Shown: in pieces, positions 1 to 6,568 of the stretch
Position numbering within the stretch: the stretch's first letter is position 1
Layout: every line of letters starts with the position of its first letter
Origin: Chloroflexia bacterium
Lineage (GTDB): Bacteria > Chloroflexota > Chloroflexia > QHBQ01 > JAICKM01
Length of the DNA: 64,000 nucleotides
Reading direction: 5' to 3'
Assembly: GCA_038228295.1 (NCBI GenBank)
Contig: JBBRPH010000002.1
Location: 39,293 to 103,292, forward strand
The notes under the pieces: generated by a model
What the model saw: only the letters and a program-made list of their open reading frames with translations
Told to the model about the DNA's origin: nothing
Databases searched by the model: none
Made by a program: the position numbers and the translations under genes

Positions 1-718
1 CCTGTTTGCCGAGCGGGTCATCGCCTATACCATCGGGGCGCATCTCGACAAACCCCTGGTACGCGACCAGGGCTGGAATCCCGGCCAGCCGCTCGACGGC
101 TCCGGGTTCGCCCAGGCCATCCAATATCTGCTCGATCTCTACCCGCGCGAAGTCACTGAGGTACAGCTGAACCTGCTCGACAGCCACGATACGGCGCGCT
201 TCCTGAGCATGGCGCGCGACGATGTGACGGCGCTCACCCTGGCGACACTGTTCCAGATGAGCTATCCCGGTGCGCCTTCGATCTACTACGGCGACGAGAT
301 CGGCCTGGCCGGTCGTCGTGATCCCGACTGCCGGCGCAGCTTCCCGTGGGACGAGCGCGCCTGGAATAGCGACTTGCGCGCCTATTTCAAGCAGGCTATC
401 GCCATGCGGCACGCCCACCCGGCCTTACGGACCGGCAGCTACACCGGCTTATACGCGAGCGACGGCGTGTATGCGTTCGCGCGTCGCCTAGACGACGATT
501 ACGTGGTGGTAGCGCTGAACACGGCGCGGGCCAAACGTAATGTCCCCCTGCCGCTGGCTGAGTCGCTGGCGGCGCAGGAACCGTGGCGGACGCTGATCGG
601 CACCGGCACGGCTACCGTCCGTGGCGCTACCCTCGAGCTTGCGCTGCCGCCCCGTAGCGGATTGGCCCTGACGCCGCCGGCCGGAGCTATTGGAGGGGTC
701 ACTGCACCTGGATCATGA
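1..718 (+). CDS. Glycoside hydrolase family 13 (alpha-amylase/neopullulanase-like), C-terminal part; 5' end outside window
   Basis: Frame 2 is open from the window edge to TGA 716-718. My translation of nt 2-208 (LFAERVIAYTIGAHLDKPLVRDQGWNPGQ...VQLNLLDSHDTARFLS) joins tracked ORF 209-718. 'LLDSHDT' and 'YYGDEIG' are GH13 conserved-region motifs. Confidence 0.8.
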   Translation, partial: LFAERVIAYTIGAHLDKPLVRDQGWNPGQPLDGSGFAQAIQYLLDLYPREVTEVQLNLLDSHDTARFLSMARDDVTALTLATLFQMSYPGAPSIYYGDEIGLAGRRDPDCRRSFPWDERAWNSDLRAYFKQAIAMRHAHPALRTGSYTGLYASDGVYAFARRLDDDYVVVALNTARAKRNVPLPLAESLAAQEPWRTLIGTGTATVRGATLELALPPRSGLALTPPAGAIGGVTAPGS

Positions 719-814
719 TACCCCAGTGATGCGCGACTACCATCTGGACAGTTCGGTGCGCGGCTGAACGCGCTCAACCGAACACGGGTAGTGCAACCCG
801 CCTGAGCGCCGGCG

Positions 815-1957
815 CTACGGCGTGGGGCCGGCGTTGCCTGTCACTGAGGGCGTAGTAGACGCGGCCGGTAGGGTAGGTTGCGCTGTACTGTCGGGCACCG
901 TGGGTGTGCTTGTTGGCGGTATGCTCGTCAGTGGTGTTGGTTCCGCAGGACGGCCTGCGCCTGGATTGAGACTAGTGGTAGCAGCCGGTTGCGGAGCCGC
1001 GGTCGGAGTAGCGCTTGGCGTGGCTGTATTCTTAGGGCGCGGGGTGGAGGGTCGGGTCGGCAGCAGTTTGCCGGTGGTCGTCGCGCGTTGCGGTGTAGCG
1101 GTCGGCTTGTGGACCGCCACCACAGCGGTGGGTCGTGGGGTGGCCTGGGCGACGGCTGTATCTGTTACGGTCGGCGCAACAGTAGTAGCGGTCGCCTCGA
1201 CAGCGGTAGCCGTGGGCGGGGCGACAGTAGCGACGGCGGGAAGATCCGTAGCTGTGAGCGGTATAAGCACGGCGGGGGTGTTGATCACGGCGCTCACCTG
1301 CGCCGGCGTAGCGACGGCTTGCGCGACGGGCACGGTCAGGGTGGGCGGCGGATCCAACCGGATCGTCAGCGCACGGCTGCCGCCGGTGATTTCCTCGCCG
1401 ACTCCGCGCGCCACTGCGCCGACCACCGGAGTGCCGCTGATCCGAGTTTGTGGGCCGATCAGTACATCCTTGCCCGCGATGCGCCAGTGGTCGCCGGCGA
1501 TGGCCTCAACGGGATCATTATAGCTCAACAGGTGGGAGGCGACCGGCGCCGGTTTCAGCAGCGGCCAGAGCGCGAAGCCCAGCCCGCCTAAGACGATTAG
1601 GCCGATCACCCACGGCCCCACTACCCGCAGGCCGACCCGGCGCCGGCTGTGGCTCACTGCGGGCGTAGGGCTGACGACCACACGCGGTTGGTAGAGGGTC
1701 GGTGTCGGCAACGGCAGGTCGGCACTCTCGGCTGACCAGCCCGCAATTTGCCCGGTGCCGCCGGCCTTGAGTCGCGCCGCCTGCACCGCCGCGACCGTGC
1801 CTAGCAGCAACTCTAGCTCGGCGTGGTACTGCGGATGCTGGGCTAGTACTGCCGCAACAGGCTGACCGGCTTGTACTTGGGCAGCAGCTTCAGCGAACAA
1901 CGCCTCTTTAGGATCGGCAGGTTCGGGTTGCTCTAGCGGGTCTTCTGAGTCAAACAC
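815..1957 (-). CDS. Membrane protein, paralogue of 2164-3930 (anti-sigma-like N-terminus, one TM helix, Pro/Thr/Ala-rich tail)
   Basis: 380-aa ORF with GTG start and GAGGAG ~11 nt upstream. The N-terminus 'MFDSEDP..VAAVLAQHPQYHAELELLLGTV' parallels 'MFERNSP..EAVLAQYPDQAPELVGLLQTV' of the neighbour. TM segment 'VVGPWVIGLIVLGGLGFALWPLL'. Shared 24-aa segment: 'WRIAGKDVLIGPQTRISGTPVVGA' vs 'WQVGDDEILITPNTAIYGQPVVGA'. Confidence 0.6.
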   Translation of the reverse strand: MFDSEDPLEQPEPADPKEALFAEAAAQVQAGQPVAAVLAQHPQYHAELELLLGTVAAVQAARLKAGGTGQIAGWSAESADLPLPTPTLYQPRVVVSPTPAVSHSRRRVGLRVVGPWVIGLIVLGGLGFALWPLLKPAPVASHLLSYNDPVEAIAGDHWRIAGKDVLIGPQTRISGTPVVGAVARGVGEEITGGSRALTIRLDPPPTLTVPVAQAVATPAQVSAVINTPAVLIPLTATDLPAVATVAPPTATAVEATATTVAPTVTDTAVAQATPRPTAVVAVHKPTATPQRATTTGKLLPTRPSTPRPKNTATPSATPTAAPQPAATTSLNPGAGRPAEPTPLTSIPPTSTPTVPDSTAQPTLPAASTTPSVTGNAGPTP

Positions 1958-1995
1958 AGTGCGCCAATCTCCTCAGTGCGATCTCTAGCAGAGTG

Positions 1996-2024
1996 TTTGT
2001 ACCATGCCCTCCCCTGCTTGTCAA
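1996..2024 (-). promoter_or_regulatory. Putative sigma-70-type promoter for 815-1957
   Basis: Minus strand reads TTGACA (2024-2019), 17-nt spacer, TACAAA (2001-1996), ~40 nt upstream of GTG 1957. Confidence 0.3.
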
Positions 2025-2163
2025 GTTTGCCTAGCCGACCTACGCTCCTCGGACGATGGATACCGCAAAGGCGCGCAGGCTGGAAGTACACGAAGCTTTG
2101 AGGATAATCCGCTTGTTCTTGGGGCCTTTACAGCGCGGACAGGTTAGCCATAGTCGGCAGGTG

Positions 2164-3930
2164 CTAGGGGTGGGGTGTATGGGTCGGTTCCTGTATGTGG
2201 CTTGGTGACGATGTACCGTCCTCACCGCCGCCCCCACCGCCGTAATACGGTGTTGGCGTTGGTTGTGGTGTATTGCTGGGATGCGGAGTGTCGTGTGGCT
2301 CCACGGTTTCGCTGGGCCGGGGCGTTTGCGTGACCTGCGGCGTATTGCTAGGGTGCGGAGTCGCGTGCGGTTCTTGTGTAGCACTAGGCGGGATCGCTGT
2401 AGCACTAGGCGGGACTGTGGTAGAGCTAGGCGGCACTGATGTAGCGCTAGGTGGGACCGCTGTAGCGCTAGGTGGGATCGCTGTAGCACTAGGCGGGATC
2501 GCTGTAGCACTAGGCGGGATCGCTGTAGCACTAGGTGGGACCACTGTAGCGCTGGGTGGCACCGCTGTAGCGCTGGGCGGCACTGAAGTAGCGCTGGGTG
2601 GCACCGGCCTAGTCGTCGGCGCCGGCGTGTCGGTGGGGAGCGGTTCCGCTGTGTTGGTCGGCGGCGGTGTGGCCGATGGGACGGTTCCGGCTGTCGGCTC
2701 CGGCGTATATGTCGTGCTATGCGGCGTGGCCGTGCGGGTCGGCACGACGGGCGAGGGCGTGCCTGTCGGCAAGTGGGTGCTGGTTGGTACAGCCGTCGGT
2801 ACGTCGGTCGGCGTATCCGTCGGCATGGTACGGGGCGTTATAATCGGCACCGCTGTATCTGTCGGCATGATACGGGGCGTTATAATCGGCACCGCTGTAT
2901 CCGTCGACCCGTGCGTCGCGGTGATCCAGCCGGCATCGGCTGGTGTGCGCGTGGCGGGGAGTGGGGTTCGGGTCGCCCAGCCCGGAAGCACGACGAGCGG
3001 GGTGGCGGTTGCCGCTAGCGGTGATGGGGGCAGCGACCCGCCGGCAGGGGTCACGGTCGCCGGCGCAGGCAAAGTGGGCGGTGTTGTGACGGTAGGCAGT
3101 TGCGGCAGTGCGTTCGGCGGGCCGCTGGTTGCCGGCAGCGGTGACGGCGGGCCGGCGGTTGCGGCAGCCGTTGCGCTAGGCGCGCTGTCCGCTGTTGCCG
3201 TAGACGCATGGGTCGGCGCCACAAGCGCGGTCGCGGCGGGAGTGGGACTGATCGCGGTGGGCGACGGAGTGTGGGTTGCCTCCTCAACGATGATGCGCAG
3301 CGCCTTGATACGGTGGGTACGCGCATCCAAGTCGCCGGTGCAGACGGCCCGCGCCCCGACCACCGGTTGCCCATAAATCGCCGTATTGGGTGTAATCAGG
3401 ATTTCATCATCACCGACCTGCCAGGCTGTATCGGCGAGGGTGTGGCGGCTGCCGTCAGGGTGGTTTACGTAGGTCGCATTGGCTCCCAATGCGCTGATCA
3501 CGCCACTATAGGTCTGGGGGGTGGTAGCAGGCTGTAAGATAGTGTTCAACAGGCCGGCTAGCGCCAACACCACCAGTGTCAGAGCGGCCAGGTTGGCGCG
3601 CAGCGGCCGGTCGAATAGCGTGGTGTACCAGGGTCGGCGGCGCAGGATGCGCGTCTCCTCCTCGGTGCGCCGGGTCGGCTGGACGGCTACGCCGCGGCGC
3701 CGACCCGGCACCGCCTGCTGGGCGCGTGCCTGGATGCGGGTCAGTGCCTCTGCCGATAGGCTTGGCGGCGGCACAGTAGCGTGCACGGTTTGTACCGTCT
3801 GTAACAGCCCAACCAATTCCGGAGCCTGGTCAGGGTACTGGGCCAGCACCGCTTCCAATGACTGACCGGCGCGCAGTTGTTCCGACGCACGGCTGAAGAT
3901 TTCTTCGATTGGGCTATTGCGCTCAAACAT
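2164..3930 (-). CDS. Putative anti-sigma-like membrane protein with long Pro/Thr/Ser-rich repetitive extracytoplasmic tail
   Basis: 588-aa ORF starting 15 nt downstream of the ECF sigma gene stop on the same strand. One TM helix ('LAALTLVVLALAGLLNTIL'). Paralogous to 815-1957. The C-terminal half is dominated by PPSATA(V/I) heptapeptide repeats and other PT-rich repeats. Confidence 0.65.
   Translation of the reverse strand: MFERNSPIEEIFSRASEQLRAGQSLEAVLAQYPDQAPELVGLLQTVQTVHATVPPPSLSAEALTRIQARAQQAVPGRRRGVAVQPTRRTEEETRILRRRPWYTTLFDRPLRANLAALTLVVLALAGLLNTILQPATTPQTYSGVISALGANATYVNHPDGSRHTLADTAWQVGDDEILITPNTAIYGQPVVGARAVCTGDLDARTHRIKALRIIVEEATHTPSPTAISPTPAATALVAPTHASTATADSAPSATAAATAGPPSPLPATSGPPNALPQLPTVTTPPTLPAPATVTPAGGSLPPSPLAATATPLVVLPGWATRTPLPATRTPADAGWITATHGSTDTAVPIITPRIMPTDTAVPIITPRTMPTDTPTDVPTAVPTSTHLPTGTPSPVVPTRTATPHSTTYTPEPTAGTVPSATPPPTNTAEPLPTDTPAPTTRPVPPSATSVPPSATAVPPSATVVPPSATAIPPSATAIPPSATAIPPSATAVPPSATSVPPSSTTVPPSATAIPPSATQEPHATPHPSNTPQVTQTPRPSETVEPHDTPHPSNTPQPTPTPYYGGGGGGEDGTSSPSHIQEPTHTPHP
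2378..2608. repeat. 11 tandem copies of a 21-nt unit (GTAGCACTAGGCGGGATCGCT and variants) inside CDS 2164-3930
   Basis: Read directly: units at 2378, 2399, 2420 ... 2588. They encode the (V/I)PPSATA heptapeptide x11 on the minus strand. No spacers, so not a CRISPR array. Confidence 0.9.
2814..2906. repeat. 42-nt unit x2.2 inside CDS 2164-3930
   Basis: TATCCGTCGGCATGGTACGGGGCGTTATAATCGGCACCGCTG (2814-2855) is repeated at 2856-2897 with 2 substitutions, followed by a partial third copy. Encodes 'DTAVPIITPR(I/T)MPT' x2. Confidence 0.85.
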
Positions 3931-3944
3931 GATCCGATTTTCCT

Positions 3945-4565
3945 CTACGCCGAACGTGTCTCTTCCTCTGGGACGCCCTGCGTCAGCGTGCGACGGAGTG
4001 CCTGCACTCCTCGATAATATAGACTTTTAACTGAAGGCAAGCTACGGTCCAACAACTTTGCCACCTGCGGCATCTCCCAACCCTCGACGATGTGCATCAG
4101 GATCACCTGCCGCTGTTCGTCGGTTAGTTCCGCCAACGCTGCTTGCAGTGCGTCGCGATCGCCCAGACTGTCAATCGTGCGGTCTAGGCCACCCGGCTCT
4201 CGACTGGGATCGTCGGCCAGCCAGCCCTCAAATGAGGTCTGCGGCCGGCGCTTGCGGCTGCGGTAATGGTCGGCGACTAGGTTACGGGCAATGCGAAACA
4301 GCCACGCCTGAAACGGCGTGCGGTCGAACACATAGCGATCAATGCTCTGCACCATACGCACCATCACCTCCGACACTACATCTTCGGCGGCGGCTGCGTC
4401 TTGCAACTGATAATAGGCATAGCGGTAGAGCGCCGGTGCGTGCTGCTGCACCACGTGTTCAATGGCGTGCGCATCACCTTGCTGTAGCCCGGCTACCAGG
4501 GCCGCATCATCCATGAGCAGTTGGGTGCGGTGGTCGGATCGTGTCCATACCTGCGGTTGTAGCAT
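3945..4565 (-). CDS. ECF (group 4) RNA polymerase sigma-70 family factor
   Basis: Region 2 ('FQAWLFRIARNLVADHYR') and region 4 HTH ('LTDEQRQVILMHIVEGWEMPQVAKLLDRSLPSVKSLYYRGVQALR'). The start may be the internal ATG at 4514 ('MDDAALVAGLQQGD'), because a promoter-like TTGACA-17-TACAAC overlaps the annotated ATG. Confidence 0.9.
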   Translation of the reverse strand: MLQPQVWTRSDHRTQLLMDDAALVAGLQQGDAHAIEHVVQQHAPALYRYAYYQLQDAAAAEDVVSEVMVRMVQSIDRYVFDRTPFQAWLFRIARNLVADHYRSRKRRPQTSFEGWLADDPSREPGGLDRTIDSLGDRDALQAALAELTDEQRQVILMHIVEGWEMPQVAKLLDRSLPSVKSLYYRGVQALRRTLTQGVPEEETRSA

Positions 4566-4584
4566 AGCGCCTTCGGTGTGTCAA
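4556..4584 (-). promoter_or_regulatory. Putative promoter of the ECF sigma gene
   Basis: Minus strand reads TTGACA (4584-4579), 17 nt, TACAAC (4561-4556). The -10 overlaps the longest-ORF start codon (4565-4563), which argues for the 4514 start. Confidence 0.3.
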
Positions 4585-4649
4585 GTGCCCTCAATCCCGG
4601 CAGCCGTTGCACCCGCAGCGGTCGGCAGCCCCGTTCACTCTGCACAACG

Positions 4650-4681
4650 CCCACGCCCCGCTAAAAGTAGCGGGGCGTGGG
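4650..4681 (-). terminator. Perfect 14-bp GC-rich hairpin downstream of 4718-5653
   Basis: CCCACGCCCCGCTA (4650-4663), loop AAAG, TAGCGGGGCGTGGG (4668-4681); every pair checked. Lies 37 nt after the stop of the minus-strand cupredoxin gene. Only a weak U tract (CGUUGUG) follows on the minus strand. Confidence 0.5.
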
Positions 4682-4717
4682 GACTACGTGCCTAGCCGAT
4701 TTGGGCCGCTTGGCCGG

Positions 4718-5653
4718 CTATTTCACCAGGATCGTCATCTGCATCAGTGGGTGGATCGTGCAGTAGATCGTGTAAGTGCCGGGGGTCATGAATTGGTGGC
4801 TGTAACTGTCACCCTTCTTTAGCACATTCGACGACCAATTGCCGTTCTTTTCCCCTACCGTATGGATCGTCGGTCCCTCGTTGGTCCAGGTGACGATCGT
4901 GCCCGTCGCGATGCTCAGGCTGGAAGGGGCGAAATCGAAGTCGAACTCCCGCACCTGGACTGCTCCGCCGGCCGCAGGAGTGGGGCCGGCGGTCGGGACG
5001 GCCGTCGGGCTACTACCGCCGTATTGCGCTTTGTAGCGGAAGGTGCCCAGTTGCGACAGCAACACATTATAGGGCGGCTGATTTTCGGGATGCATTTCGA
5101 ATACCGCGCGCTCGAAGTACTGCACGGTGTAGGACTTACCGTTCAGATCGCTGACCTCGCTGAACTCGTCGGAAATTGGATAACCCTGCTGGGCCAAGCC
5201 GCCGTGGCTCTCCCAGTAGGTGCGAAACACGCCGCCCAATGTGTGGCCGGTTTCGGCGAAGCGGCGCGGGTTGCTGGTACTGACCTGCTGACTGGGTGCG
5301 CCGGTGGGGTATTTAGCTTTGTAGCGGAAGGTGCCCAATTGGCTTAACAAGGTATCGAACGGCGGCTTGTTCTCGGGATGCTTCTCAAAGACGGCGCGCT
5401 CGAAGTATTGCACCGTATAGTTCTGACCGTTGAGGTCACTTTTCTCTTGCAGCTCTTCCGAAATAGGGTAGCCCTGTTGGGCCAGGCCGCCATGCCCATC
5501 CCAGTAGGTCAAGAATTGGCCGCTCACGGTGTGACCGGTTTGGGGAAACGTGCGGCTACCGCTCTGCGCCTGCCCCGCTGCCGGCCCGGCCAGCAACAGC
5601 CCACCCAACGCGAGCAGGCCAATGGATCGCGCAATCCAAGATGTCGGTTTCAT
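4718..5653 (-). CDS. Secreted protein: signal peptide, two ~80-aa 'GGLAQQGYPIS' repeats, C-terminal type-1-copper cupredoxin domain
   Basis: Signal-like N-terminus 'MKPTSWIARSIGLLALGGLLLAGPAAGQA'. Two ~70%-identical repeats ('GHT..G.F.TYW..HGGLAQQGYPIS.E..E.SDLNG..YTVQYFERAVFE.HPEN.PP...LLSQLGTFRYKA.Y'). The C-terminus has the ligand pattern H ('PTIHTV') ... 'CTIHPLM' (amicyanin/plastocyanin-like C-x2-H-x2-M). Confidence 0.8.
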   Translation of the reverse strand: MKPTSWIARSIGLLALGGLLLAGPAAGQAQSGSRTFPQTGHTVSGQFLTYWDGHGGLAQQGYPISEELQEKSDLNGQNYTVQYFERAVFEKHPENKPPFDTLLSQLGTFRYKAKYPTGAPSQQVSTSNPRRFAETGHTLGGVFRTYWESHGGLAQQGYPISDEFSEVSDLNGKSYTVQYFERAVFEMHPENQPPYNVLLSQLGTFRYKAQYGGSSPTAVPTAGPTPAAGGAVQVREFDFDFAPSSLSIATGTIVTWTNEGPTIHTVGEKNGNWSSNVLKKGDSYSHQFMTPGTYTIYCTIHPLMQMTILVK

Positions 5654-5676
5654 AGTAATCTCCTTGTGACTTTATA

Positions 5677-6360
5677 TTACTTGACAATAACGGTGCTGAT
5701 CATATCCGGATGTAGCGTGCAGATCACCGTGATCGTGCCCGGCGTGTTAAACGTATAGCGGTACTTCTGGCCCGTTTTCAAGATGTCGGATGACCAGCTT
5801 ACTTTGTCGTCGGCCACCGTATGGTCCGTCGGTCCGACGTTGGTCCACTCGATAGTGGTGCCCCGATCAATCGTGATCGTGGCCGGGGCAAACGCGAAGT
5901 CCTTTTCCACGACGGCCACCACTTTGGCGGCAGGCGCGACTGTGGGCTTGGCTGTCGGCCGGACGGTAGGCGGTAGCGGCTTGGGAGTAGGCGGTAGCGG
6001 CTTGAGAGTGGGTGGTACGTTCGTCGCGACGACCACCGGAGCGGTGGTGGCGGTGGGCGCAACCGCCACCGTGGCCGTGGGCGCCGCGACGGTAGGTGCC
6101 GCGACGGTGTCGGTGGGCGCGGCTACCGTGTCGGTAGGTGCCGCGACGGTTGCTACCGCGGCGAGTGTAGCGGTGGGTGCGGCCGTCGTATCAGTCGGCT
6201 GGGCAACCACAGCGGTGGCGGCGACCGTATCTATGGCGGCGACAGTCGGCACCACCGTGGCGGTCGGATCGGTGCCGCCGCAAGCCGCCAGCAGCAGCAA
6301 CAACCCTAGCGCACCGCCGCTTACGCTGCGCCGCCCCTGATTCCAAGCAATTCCCCTCAT
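5677..6360 (-). CDS. Lipoprotein with Thr/Ala/Pro-rich linker and C-terminal type-1-copper cupredoxin domain
   Basis: Lipobox 'LLLLAACGG'. ~130-aa TAP-rich linker with internal repeats ('APTDTVA' x2, 'LKPLPPTPKPLPPT'). The C-terminal domain is homologous to that of 4718-5653, with 'PTDHTV' ... 'CTLHPDM'. Confidence 0.8.
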   Translation of the reverse strand: MRGIAWNQGRRSVSGGALGLLLLLAACGGTDPTATVVPTVAAIDTVAATAVVAQPTDTTAAPTATLAAVATVAAPTDTVAAPTDTVAAPTVAAPTATVAVAPTATTAPVVVATNVPPTLKPLPPTPKPLPPTVRPTAKPTVAPAAKVVAVVEKDFAFAPATITIDRGTTIEWTNVGPTDHTVADDKVSWSSDILKTGQKYRYTFNTPGTITVICTLHPDMISTVIVK

Positions 6361-6402
6361 ACCAGTAAAATCCTCTCAGTGCTGTATGCTAAAGTATCCT
6401 TG

Positions 6403-6411
6403 ATTATAACA
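6403..6411 (-). promoter_or_regulatory. Extended -10 element (TGTTATAAT) upstream of 5677-6360
   Basis: Minus strand reads TGT-TATAAT at 6411-6403, ~45 nt upstream of ATG 6360. GAGAGGA RBS lies 10 nt before the ATG. No good -35. Confidence 0.3.
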
Positions 6412-6520
6412 CGGCTGTAGCGGTTTCGGTTTTAGAGATCACTTATCGTATTCTTCGGCTCTCCAGGTCTCGGTGGTGCCGTCTTGTGCATGATTCAGAT
6501 CACAGTCAGCACTTGCCTGC

Positions 6521-6549
6521 TTGTCGGACCCCGGCGGCCCCGCTATAAT
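6521..6549 (+). promoter_or_regulatory. Putative promoter of the thioredoxin-fold/NHL gene
   Basis: TTGTCG (6521-6526), 17 nt, TATAAT (6544-6549). The implied TSS would lie very close to the GGAGGAGG RBS (6554-6561), so this is uncertain. Confidence 0.3.
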
Positions 6550-6568
6550 GCGGGGAGGAGGCAGTACG

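Noticed and set aside
2378-2608. Regular 21-nt direct repeats, considered as a possible CRISPR array.
   Set aside because: The units are contiguous with no spacers, lie in frame inside a long ORF, and translate to a PPSATA heptapeptide repeat. No cas genes are present.
822-3376. Long ORFs antisense to the PT-rich membrane protein genes (822-1523 +, 878-1591 +, 2273-3376 +, 2040-2531 -).
   Set aside because: They mirror better-supported genes on the opposite strand. Their Gly/Val/Ala/Arg-rich composition and repeat-derived sequence are typical of high-GC shadow ORFs, and no RBS or motif supports them.
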